DNA of 63,262 nucleotides, the filler included, from Folioceros fuciformis (taxonomy: Eukaryota): the NCBI GenBank assembly GCA_049999805.1. It is 6 parts of 6 records of this genome, joined end to end, with 100 filler letters (N's around TTAATTAATTAA, not from the genome) between each part and the next. Parts side by side here need not be neighbours in the genome. Positions count along the whole stretch, not along the records: positions 37,033 to 61,164 come from JBNGIO010004178.1; 5 more parts are not named here. One strand, given 5' to 3'. Below are positions 47,895 through 59,373 of this stretch, piece after piece. Under the pieces are notes generated by a model that did not search any database, was not told the DNA's origin, and saw only the letters and a program-made list of their open reading frames with translations. Each line of letters starts with the position of its first letter. Within the stretch, counting starts at the first letter, position 1. Position numbers and translations under genes: made by a program.

Positions 47895-49262
47895 TTAATC
47901 TCCTTCGAAATACTTCTCTTCAGCATCACGGGACATCTCTACCAGCCAGTCGTCATCCAAAGTATGATCATTGTCAATAGCATTGTAGTTCACATGCTCA
48001 GCATCCCCTCCGCACAGAAACTTCTCCTGCATCACGCGGACCAGATCATCCATTCGTTCCTTAGAAGAACTGTCGCACATGACCATATCCAAGGAGGGAG
48101 CCACGTTGCCTTCCATGGCCTCTTCAGCGCCATCTTGGCGAGCCCCTGGTCCCTCAGGCTCAGGATGTTCTCCTTGTTCGATATCTGTTTTCTGGGAGAA
48201 ACAATAATAAGAAAAGGACGCTGAGAAGATCGCAGGTGTGAGTGGTATCCTACACCCTAATCCAGAACAGTACTCAGCTTTTCCCTCTTGAGAAGGGAAA
48301 ACAGCAATCCGAAGATGAAGAAACATCAATTACCTTTGTACGATGGATTCCCGCTGCTTGGGCTCCCATTACCTCGATGTCCAAACCCTTATCATCCTCC
48401 TCCCTGTCTTGCTTGACATCATCATGACGGGAGACAACATTCTCATCATCATCATCATCATCATCAACATCATCAACATCATCAACATCATCATCATCAT
48501 CCTCCTCCTCCTCCTCCTCCTCCTCCTCCTCCTCCTCCTCCTCCTCTTCCTCCTCCACCATCCCGGCCTGTTGCAGCTCTTTCCTCAGCTGCTGCTGGAT
48601 AAAGACTTCCTCCGATCGCCGCAACAGCAGCTCAGAGAATCGCTCCCCAGGCCTCGCAACGGCTCGCGCAGACGCATCCTGGAACCTACCCACGTACTCA
48701 TGATGCAGCAAGGGTGAGCGAAGCCTCATTTCGTCTTCGGAGAAATAATGTCCCGCCTGGACCAACCGGCTCATATAAGCCAGACGCCTGTTTTTCACGA
48801 CAGTTACCCTGCTTCTCCGTTCCTCGGCAGTTGGACTGGCTGCACTTCTCAGCTTCTTCAAGTGCCATGCGACTTCGTAGTCCTGTCCCAGAACCTGGAA
48901 CTCGTCCAGCTCCACGACACTAAGATGAGGCCCGTAGCGCTCTGCACGGTGAACAAGAATCCCGATCAATCACCCGCCACAGGAAACCTAGACAAGTATC
49001 GCAAGGCCCGAAGAATCAGACGTGCCAGCAGAGAATCTTGCGCCAGAAGCAGAGAGGGAGGAGTAAAACGCCAACCCAGAAAGACAGCCGCATCTCTGCG
49101 CAGCAGAGACCTTAGATGCAATTGCTTCTCGTCATTGGACACCGCTTCAGCTCGCCGTGCAAACGAGTATGGCATATGCAGATCCGGAATCGCAGACAGC
49201 CGCTCTGCTATACAGTTGACAGCTGCATCATCCATCTCAGACGACCTGAACTCCCTCCCCAT
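47895..49262 (-). CDS. CCDC97: Coiled-coil domain-containing protein 97 (DUF2052); exons ~49262-49076, 48941-48334, 48191-47895
   Basis: LLRRDAAVFLERYG, DYEVAWHL, VKNRRLAY...YFSEDEMRLRSPLLHHEYVG, poly-E/D tract and MQEKFLCGGD...YNAIDND...RDAEEKYF. Start could be 49322, 49262 or 49235; the exon 2 donor has an alternative at ~48373. Confidence 0.88.
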
Positions 49263-49542
49263 GGTCCCAGTGTCGTGAAGTACTCCAGGGGAAGCCAACA
49301 ATTTCACACTGTCTACGCCCATTCACTGCCCAAAACCCGGCCTCCGGTATCGAGTAGGTATCGCTGTCTTCCGGTCCGCGCGCAAGGGTCTTGGGAGCTC
49401 GGGAACGCGTTTGTTTACCTACGCAGCGCTAGCGGTGTCCTCTTCCCTTTCACGTACAGGCGTGGGGGAAAATGCAGAATCTTTTATAAAATGAGATAAA
49501 AAAAAATCCATCCATAGGAAAGCGGGAATATGTCCACACCTG

Positions 49543-49636
49543 GTACGCTATTTGAGCCAATAGGACAAGGCAGCTTCAAAGATCACGAGTACGCTATTTG
49601 AGCCAATAGGACTAGGCAGCTCCAAAGACCACGAGT
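49543..49636. repeat. 46-bp direct duplication containing CCAAT, upstream of CCDC97
   Basis: GTACGCTATTTGAGCCAATAGGAC.AGGCAGCT.CAAAGA.CACGA at 49543 and 49589. Confidence 0.8.
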
Positions 49637-51023
49637 CTCACATATGGAATATGTTTTGTCAAACCTTCGAAACAATTAAAAAAAACTACCTACCCTCAAA
49701 CATATTTTGTTAAACCTTCAAATCTATAAAGGAATTTTCCCTACATGGACGAAGTGAGCTATGGAATACTGATATGGTCGGGGCTCTTTCACATAAAATT
49801 TAAAATTTTAGGGCGGCGGTATATGGTCTAAACATTTTGGACATAACATATGTGCCCGCTTTGGTCGTAGGGTATAAAGGAGGTCTCTTTATTGAGACAT
49901 CTACTTTGTGCCCTACGACCGATTTGGATAGGGGCGAGGTGCCACCCGCGGTAAACCGGGGCGACGTGCAATAGTAGGAGGGTAGCAACAGAGGCAATGT
50001 CATAGACACCAACGCATGTCAATCTCAATCGGGAGCCCAAACCGCAGTGTCAATCGGGAGCCCTCGCTCACGGCGGTGTCAATCGAGACCAATCTTACAC
50101 AGAGTGTGTATGACTTAAAACATAGTGTGTATGAACCAAAATAAAGAACAAAGGATGTGTCTCTTTCAATCCACATACCGGTTATAGTTCAAGAAAAAAA
50201 TCCCTATAGGGGGGCTAGGTTGAGTACGGAAATATTAATATTCCGGAGATGTCACCGTATATGCCATAGAAAATACATATTAAAAAACAAAAAAAAACCT
50301 CAATGTGTAGCCCCGTCCAAATCGGTATTCCATAGTGAGCAATCACCATCTCTCCATGTCCCAGATTGTGGGGCACTGTAAAAGGATCCCGCATCTAGCA
50401 TAGGGCATCTTGAATTGAGCCAAAATAGCTCAAGCAAGCAATGACCCTGAGGCCATGTGAGGTATGTGAGCCATGGTAGTGTATTAATATTAGCGGAGAT
50501 ATTTGTGTTGAAATGTGATATTGAGCTCCACAAGCTTGACCCGACACAGAATATTCTCAATGGTTTGAATTAAAATAAAATATGCGGGTCGTGGAGAGGA
50601 ATGGGATGAGGAAACCCTAAATCCAAGAAGAGGAGGCCTCCGGAGGCAGCGTGGGCGTGGGTGGACGGGAGAGGCAGAGGCCTGTGAAGAGGCAGGCGGG
50701 GATGGAGACAGGACGCCTGGCTCGTGCAGGGTAGGGGGCCGGCGAGTGGCGGGCCCCCACCTCCTGCCAGATGGCTGGGCTGTGCTGGAGTTGTGGACAG
50801 AGAGAATCACATGTTTGAGTGAAAGCAGGGGGGGCAGGGCCCAGTCGGTGGCAGATGCAGATGCAGTCGCGGGGTCTCCGTCAGTCACCCACCCAGGCAG
50901 CCACCCAACCAGCCACCTACAAGGCGGGGGACGGGATGACTGGATGAGCCGGTCGCCAGGGTCACCGGCGCGTGCCGGTGTCGGTGCCCGCGACAAGGGC
51001 TCTGCCCCTCCCGAGCCAAAAAC

Positions 51024-53005
51024 CACGAGGCCTTGGCCAGGCGCTATTCGTCATTACAAAGTAATTGAAGGCACGAAACCCGATGCGCCAGGTCTACATG
51101 GCCATGTCTTTGTTTGCATCATGCTAAGCGCAAAGTCACCGTGGTGTCCATGATCTGAGCTCTAATAACAGACTGCCTGGCCGTAATGCATGCCGTTCCG
51201 GATCATTGTAATCTCATTGCAGCGCTGTATACATCTACGGCGCGGAAATTTGAAGAGGAGACACCGCAACTACCTTTCAAATGTTCTAAGCCACAAATGC
51301 AAGGCATTCAGCGCATGTTGCTATTCCGAATTGCGTCTCAAGCAAGGTGCACACCCAAGCGGCGGGCACAATTGAGTGCTCGATTGAGTGAACTTGAACA
51401 ATTGGGTTGTCTCTAGATTCCAAAGATCATCATGGAAGTTGGGTGTAGAAATGCAGATGTTCTTGTTTAGCCACAAACGTGCCCTTTCATTGTTCAGACT
51501 CATTGACCCTGGAATGGAATGGCAAGATATTGTGCACATAGTCAGGAAGAAAGTTAGTCCCGTCAAAACCTGTTACATTCCATGGGGAAGATTTGTAGAT
51601 TTCTTAGTTGGGGAGGAGGCATCAAAACCCTTTCCAACCAAGTTGATAAGGGTGAACGTGTAGACAGGGTCAAGCATTAGGCAAAATGCAATGTCTCCAA
51701 CCATTGCTTGCCATTACATGAAATTCAGTTGTGCTTTCGATTGCTTCCGAAAATAGAGTTTCATGGAATCAGACATTTGTGCTGATCTCACTAACAAACC
51801 AAAGATAGGTGCTGGCAATAGGCGCTCTAAGGTGATGTGTGGGGAGAGTAAGAAGTGTGAATGCCAATTTTTGGTGTTTGTTAGCCAACTTGAAATGTTC
51901 CCTGATGTAGCTGAATTACGATTACATGAAACACACCACATCGATTCCACAGGGCAGTATTGTCATGAAATGCTTACCATCAACTCAAGTCCAAATTGCA
52001 CTTTGGCTCCTTTCCTATCTGTGGCCAAAAAGGAATGGGTGAAGTACAAGTTGTTATGCAAAACATCAACCTTTCATATCATGAGTTTGATGTTTTCTTA
52101 CGAAAGCAAGGTGATCCACAAGCAATGCTTTTGAGGGATGATTTTCTCCTTCCTAGTGACATTAGCAATTTACAAGTTGAACTTAATGCTAGGGTGTGGC
52201 GATTCCATTCATGAGATGAGGTGAGTGTTGAGTTATGGATGAATATTCATAGATCTGAAGTATTTTATCCACTACTAGGAACGAAAGACCATGCCACAAA
52301 CTTCATGCTAGGCATCCATAGTGATTTTCAAATGCAGACAATGCTCTGTCGGGGTCACAACTCGATCATTGCTATGGATGCCACATTTGGCACTAACAAA
52401 TGGAAGTTCCAGCTCGTCACAGTTTTGGTATTTGATGATCACTTGAATGGCATTCCTGTGGCTTGGGTTGTCACAAGGAAGGCCACATCATATGCTATTT
52501 CATAGTGCTTGCATTGCTCGTGGTTGCATTGCTTGCATGAGAAGATGGTACAACATCAGTCTACATGGTAGCCCACTGCTTTTCTTGTAGATGATTGTAT
52601 GACAGAAATCAATGCCATCCAAGCTGTGTTTGGAACATTTGTACAAATGTTTTTATGCTTGTGGCATGTTAAGAGAGCCTAGTTATGTTTTACATGTTAG
52701 GAGAGCCTGGTTACAACAGTTGCTGAAAAAAAAAAAAAAGGAACTCCACATAAAATAAGATACGTCATTATGAAGTGCTTGGATGACATTATGTACATGG
52801 ACTTTGATAAGAAAGGGTTATTAAGGGACATTATGCATATGCATTACAGCCAGGTACTCTGTTATTAGAGCTCAGATCATGGACAGCACGGTGACTTTGC
52901 GCGTAGCATGATGCAAACAAAGACATGACCATGACGACCTGGCGCTTGGGGTTTCGTGCCTTCAATTACTTTGTAGTGACGAATAGCGGCTGGTTAGGCC
53001 TTGTG
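51024..53005 (+). mobile_element. Mutator-like (MULE) element remnant with ~167-bp inverted repeats and a decayed transposase
   Basis: 51024-51191 and 52839-53005 are imperfect reverse complements (e.g. CCATGATCTGAGCTCTAATAACAGA / TCTGTTATTAGAGCTCAGATCATGG). Internal broken ORFs: IPWGRFVDFLVGEE, CECQF...HHIDSTGQYCH, AMDATFGTNKWKFQLVTVLVFD...GIPVAW, FLVDD and FLCLWHV. No TSD found. Confidence 0.85.
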
Positions 53006-53687
53006 TGCACCCAGATCCCGCGCAGCATCCATGTGGCGCACATGGGCCGGGGCCGAGCCTGGGAAAGTGCAGTGAGTCCCAGAATCCCGATGTGGCATGC
53101 GTCCGTACAGCGAGCTGGACCGGCTGTAGCCGGTAGAGCCGGTAGAGCCGGTAGAGCCGGTAGAGCCGGTGAGGCCGGTGGCCTCGAGGGAGACGGATCC
53201 GGTGCAGGATGGAGGAATCCGAGTCCCAAGTTGGTGTGACACGGTCACGTACCCTCCAGGTCCTGGCTGGGGCCCGCCTATGTAAAATAAAATTTCGCAA
53301 AGGGCCACGCACTACCTCGGAACACGGGAGCATGTGTTTCTTTCACCTCTTCACATGCTGTCTACACTCGGATAGACATCCTGTCCCCGTCTTTCTCTTT
53401 CTCTCTCTTCCCCTCTATCATTTATTTCTCACTCCCAAACATGCACGTTTTGTCCTCTTCGTTCCCCTTGGCCCTTCGCTTCCTTCCTTTGCTTTTCGCA
53501 TCTTCTTCTCCTCTCCTTCTTCTCTTCTCTTATTTTATTTTATTTTTTTCCTCCCGCACCTTCTTTCACATTACGACCACCAGTACTTGCACCCTTTATT
53601 CTCTCTGTCCGATTTGGCTAAGCTAACTATCCTCCTACCACAGGCCAGGAAAGGAAACGAAAGGAGTGGATTGGATTGCAAGGAAAG

Positions 53688-55345
53688 CACGTGACTTCTA
53701 AGACACACACACACGTGATTTCTTCTTCCTCTCGTTTCATTCCGTTTCGTTTCATTCCGTTTCGTTTCATTCCGTTTCGTTTCATTCCATTTCGTTTCAT
53801 TCTGTTTCATTCCGCTGCATTTCGTTTCATTCTATTTCGTTTTGTTTCATTCCATTCCATTCCATTCCGTTCCGTTTCATTTCGCTTGCATTGAATGAAG
53901 GAACCAGCCAAGTCTGCATTGTACTTCTATGTAACTGATGTGATTGAATTTGACTTAGTTGTACTCAGATATAACGGACTCGATTCGAGTCAAATATACT
54001 TACATATAACAGACTCGATTCGACCCGACTCAACTGGACTTCCATGTAACTAACTCAATTCGATCTGACTCGACTCGACTGTACTTCCATACAACTGACT
54101 GATTCGACCCAGCTCGACTCGACTCCACCTGACAAGACAACTAGTACGTGCTCATCGTAGTAGTAAGGATACATAACGGTAGAACGACAAAGATGTGATT
54201 GCCCCCTGTACTTATGATGAAACTGAAAACGTAGCATGAGCATTAGTCAGCAGAACAAAGTACTAATCTCATCTTCTCTGGTCCCGTTCCGTGCCATGGT
54301 CCCTTCCGCTTTCTCTGTCCCTATCCCTATCCCTATCCCTGTCACTTTGGAAGCCCCTCTTCCCTTCCTTTCCTTCCTGTTTCTTTGGTCCTAGATTTCT
54401 CTTGTCAGTGAACCACCCATAAATATTGGTGGGCGGATTGGATTCTCGTGCAGAGGATGTTGGCTCTTCAAGAGGAAGACATACGGCCTGGAGTGGAGTG
54501 GAGTGGAGTATCCGCCCACCGCTCACCCTGTGACCACAACACGGCAGGGTCTACTAAAGCACAGAGTAATATATGCAAGAGTAAGGAGAGTGTAACAAGT
54601 TCCATATTAAAGGGTGGGGGAGAGAGAGTTGTCGGCGTGGATGGTGTGAAGGGCGGAGGAGAAGAAAGTGGTTAAATAATGGAAGGGGCAGGCGGTACAT
54701 GCGGTGTAAATGCGGGCATGGGGAGCCTGGCGAAAGAAACAAAAGAAAGGGGACAGGGGTGGGGAAGAAGAAGTGGGTCGGTGTGGTGTGGGCCGGTGCC
54801 GGGCCGGTCCGGTCCGGGTCAGGTCAGGTCTGCTCTGCTCTGACAGATGGTGTGGACAGCAGGGAAACGTGAAAGGGAAAGCGTGGGGAAGAGAGAGGGG
54901 TGGTGGATGTCCCGGGCCACTGACTTGACAGAGGCCGTGCGCGCAATTAAAACGTGAGGGTGGGCCGTATGGGCGTAGGTGAGTCGTTAACCCAGGCAGC
55001 GGGGCCCATAAATCCGGATTCCGGCCAATGGACCACCCGGTATCCAGTGCCCTGCGCGGCAACGCCCAGACACTTTCTGGAGCGTGAACCTTTCTTTCTT
55101 TACCACCGTCTTTAGCGCACCGGACCGGGGCTAGGTCTGGTGCCGAACCGGGGTCGACTCCGCTCGGCCCGGCACCGGACCGGACCCAAGGCTGATCCTG
55201 CGTCTCGTGGCCGACTGAGTACTGGCAGCCTGCACCTACCATGCTACCCGGTTTCAGCTCCCAGCTCCCAGGCTGTGTGTCCGTGTCCCGTGTGTGGTAT
55301 GTACATGGACATACTGTACCCGGGTCCCCGCTATTAGCCCACGTG
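53688..55345 (+). promoter_or_regulatory. G-box and T/G-box motifs upstream of JAZ (candidate MYC bHLH sites)
   Basis: CACGTG at 53688, 53712 and 55340; AACGTG at 54866 and 54951. Function is inferred, not shown. Confidence 0.4.
53733..54126. repeat. Pentanucleotide microsatellite blocks: (TTTCA/TTCCG/TTTCG)n, then (GACTC)n
   Basis: Directly visible at 53733-53890 and ~53975-54126. Confidence 0.85.
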
Positions 55346-55553
55346 ACGGCTGCTCGCACCTCTGCGCCGCACAGTACGGGCCTCTGGCGAAACCCTTTGT
55401 CGGTCGGGTTTCGCCGCCCGTCCTCCTCCCCTCGCTCCTCCCACACTCTGCTTCTTATTCTACTGCGTCTGCATCTTCGTTCGCCATCGTCGCCACCTTC
55501 ACCTCCTGCGGTCTCGTTCTTGCTACCGTTTCGAGCCGCTGCTGCTGCTGCTC

Positions 55554-55591
<38 letters not shown>

Positions 55592-55914
55592 GGTGCGGTC
55601 GGGGTGGCGGATGTGGGTGGATCCAGGTTGCTGAGACGGGGAGGCGGGATGAGGCTGAGCTGAGCACTGTGGATGCACGGATCTGAAGGAAGGGACGGGG
55701 GACTGCTGTGCCTTGCACTTGCGCTGCGTATTGCTTGCCATGGCCCGGCTGGTGCGGGAGAGACGGTGCTGGAATTGGAAGAGGAGTGCGTGGCGGCTCG
55801 TGGGATTCGGGGTGTAGAGGCGGCGGGGTGCTGAGAGAGAGAGAGGGAGAGAGGGAGTGTGGGAGTTGGGTTGTGGAAAGGAAGGCAAGGCAAGGCTAGG
55901 AAGGAGTCGATAGC

Positions 55915-58566
55915 ATGGAGCGAGATCAGGTTGTCGCCAGGGACTTCCTGGGCCTCGGAAGCGGGGCGGGCGGGGCCGGCGGGGATGTGCGGGAGCCGGA
56001 AAAGAAGAGGCTCAAGGACGGCGGCCTCCGCCACGGGGAACACGATGTGGCGGCGGCCGGGAGTGTGCATGGATTGGGAAAGCTGAAGCAGCACCAGCCC
56101 GGGCTCATGCGCTTCCACGATGCGCAGCAGTCGCAGGCTCAAGAGGCTGCCGTAGCTGCAGTTGCCGCGGCTGCCCGATCGCGGCAGCCGAGTGAGCTGC
56201 ACCTCGCTTCGCCGCCCTCCTCCTCCCCATCCCCCTCGCCCTCGCCCTTCCCAAACAATGGGAGAAGTTTTCGGGGCCAAGGTTTTGCGGCCGGGGTGGG
56301 GGCAATGGGGAAGGGATCTACGCAGGCCGCTCACGGCATGTCTGATTTCCAGGGTGAGCACGGAATTGGACCACATCGTTTTTTCCCCCCTTTCTGTCTG
56401 CAGAAGTTCGCGGATCGAGCAGTAGTGTAGTGGAGGCATGGACGGGACTCAAGTCTGTGCCTTAGTGTGTGCGTGTGTGTCGTGCAGGCCAGTGGATGGA
56501 CAAGGCGCAGCAGCAGGGCATGCAGGAACCGCACGTAAGTCATGTTGGCGTTGCTGTGTGCCGCATCTTGGATCTTTCTTGTCGCGCCGCCCTGACTGCC
56601 GTCTCTCACCCCGATCGCTTCTTATCCATCGCTGCAGACCAATTTTGCCTTCGATAGGCCCGTTTTGAGGGACCTCAAGGATCGTGGCCCGCCCACTCAC
56701 CGGGAGGACGTGTTACAAAGGGCCTTCGAGGCGCACCAGAACGCGCAGATGGCCCTAGCGGCGTCGCAGGCTCAGTTTGCGGCGGCTGGCCGCCGCTTTG
56801 CTGTTCCGCCCTCCACGCTTGCCTCCGGTGCACGCCCAATGGACGACCGGAACACCATGGCGCGCCCTGCAGAACGGCCCGGCCCTATCTCTGCCGCTCC
56901 TGGCGTGCACGACTCGTCTCTCTCTCTTGCCATGGCCGGTGTTAGGGACAGTGCGACGCCGGGCCTCGGTTTCCGAATCCCTCCAGGTGCTGCCGCTATG
57001 ACTACATCCGCCACACCCGTCCCTGGCCCTTTGCCTAACGGCTCCACGGCAATGCTCGCCCCGCGCCCGCCTGCTAGTTTTGCGGCTAACGCTGCCGGGA
57101 GTGGTGTCGTAGCTAGGTGAGTGAGATAGATGGCTGCCATTCCTTACCCTGCCCTGTCCTGTCTGTCCTGTCCTAGGACCGTGCCGTGCCATGCCATGTG
57201 CCATGCCATGCTTGTCCTTTGCTTTCCTGTCTGCTGCCTATCTTCGTGCTGACTCTACTTGAACGAATGTTTGTTTATAGACCTACCACTTCCAACGCGC
57301 CGGGTCGGCCACTCACGGCGCAGCTCACCATATTCTATGCTGGATCGGTGAACGTGTATGATGATGTTACTTCCGAGAAGGTATTCGTCGTGTCAGAGCA
57401 TCGCTTGATGGCCTCCTTGCAAACTTCATGCTGATCCGAACTCTTGGGTTGTTGTTGTTTTTTCTGAATTTCCTTTAAGATGATGGCAAAGTATGTTGAC
57501 CTTGATCTGTATCGTGGGTGACTTGTGGCAGGCCCAAGCTATCATGCTGCTGGCTGGAAGTGGGAGTTCATGGTCCACCAGCATCATTCACACCCCAGCT
57601 GCTCAGAGTACGCCCAATGCAGGCTCCGTAGTAGGAAGTCAGTATAGTATGCCGGAAAGTCATGTTACAAGCTCCGGACCTCTTCTAAGTTCGCAGTTGC
57701 AGCATCAGGCCGCTGCTAGACTGCAGCCAAATGCATCTAGCGCGCAGTGCTCTGTGTCCATGTGCCCACCTGGTTCGTCTGCCATGAATCAATGTGCTGG
57801 AGTTGCAGCGAACCAGACCCCTGCTGCTGCAGCGAACCAGACTGCTGGGTCTGCAGCAGAGAGCCCTCAGGACCCTGCCTCTGCTAATCCCGCTTTGTCT
57901 CAGGCACAAGGAGCGCGTAGAGGTCAGAATTGCACTGGTGATTACTTCGTTGCCGGCAACCAAGGTTATCAGGCTTCTTTCCAGCGTGTGTGTATTTGGG
58001 GGAGGCTTTACACCGCAGGAAACTGACGGCATTCTTGTTGTGCAGAGTTGCCTCAAGCAAGGAAAGCATCGCTGGCTCGATTTCTGGAAAAGCGAAAGGA
58101 AAAGTCGGTGTGCATGCGGGGTGTTGTGGCTCAGTTCAGTTTGTTCTGTAGCCTTAATTATTCTAGTGTGGTTGGGCTGGATGAGTGGGGGGCCTAGCTC
58201 CTGCTTTGCGCATTTGGTCTTGTCGGTGATAATAATGCCAGGCTCGTGGCTGTATGTGCATGCAGGTCGACGGTATCACGGCAAAAGCCTGGGTACCCGG
58301 ACAAGAAGAAGGAAGGATCGCCGCCTTTCTCGAAGCCGCCCAGTCCTCCCAAGTCGTCTGCTTCCTCCCCTCCACGATCCATGCCTGATGCTGCCAACTC
58401 TTCTGCTGCATCCAGTCAGGTGGAGGGTAATGATGCCACGAATCACAGGGCCCAAGGGGAAAATGAGGAGCCAGTTGACAGAGGGGAGGAGGGGCAAAGT
58501 TGCTTCCATTCTGCTCCAGATCACAAAAGGAAGTACGATGAGGAGTCCGGGGCGTCTGTCAGATGA
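55915..58566 (+). CDS. JAZ: JAZ (TIFY family) jasmonate repressor; exons 55915-56353, 56488-56534, 56638-57116, 57281-57380, 57532-57937, 58046-58103, 58266-58566
   Basis: N-terminal RDFLGLG, ZIM domain AQLTIFYAGSVNVYDDVTSEKAQAIMLLAG and Jas motif ELPQARKASLARFLEKRKEK. All splice phases are compatible. Confidence 0.93.
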
Positions 58567-59373
58567 GGCCTCCGAACTCGAGGAAGGCTCTCTAGCGCAC
58601 AGATGTATGTTCCTGTACACTACTAACCAGTGTCATACGGTGTCCGGGGTTCGGGAAGGCGCTCTCGCAAACAACAAATATGTGTAGGAGGAGTATGTCG
58701 GGGCTCTAGAGTAAATAACTCATTCCTGTGTTGCAAACGATAAATTATTCAGTCCCGTCAGTCGTAAGCCATCGCCCGGGATTGGCTTACGACCGTGAGT
58801 AGTGTAGGTTCCTCCCATGTGCATCACGCTGACGTACCGAAATTGGTGCTAATTGACGCTCGTGTAATCCACGTTACACAAGCAACAACGAGCTGGATGG
58901 ATGACGAGATTTTTTGAAGGCAAGTCGCACATTGTGGACGAGAAATGTGTTTCACATAAAGAGTTCAGTGTTTATATGGAGACGACTTGGGATGCTGCTG
59001 ATTCTGATCCAGAGCCACCCTAAGCTCGTGCGTTCCGGGGAAGCTGGGCTGGCGCATGACACACGAGAAACATGGAATGGCCTGATTGGTTGTTGCTATC
59101 CTGGGAGATTTCAGTTCCTAGATGACTGAGCTTCGTCTTCCTGCATGAACGACAGGGATGTAAGCGTTAGCTATAAGGGCCAATTGCAGCATGGGTTCAT
59201 GGCGGCACGGAATGATGACGTGAAGCATAGGCAGAAGTTGTGCAGCAGGCTATGAGCAATCCGGGCCAGGATAGCAAGCAACGGCTACAGGGCGAGGTCG
59301 GGGTGTCAGACTGAAGCTGTAACAGTTGGTGTTGAGATGGGATGATTGCAGTGGTGCACGCAACTCATCATGC

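Noticed and set aside
54607..56439. 610-aa minus-strand ORF over the JAZ promoter and exon 1
   Set aside because: Low-complexity P/R/S/A translation of GC-rich DNA and a (CAG)n tract; no domain.
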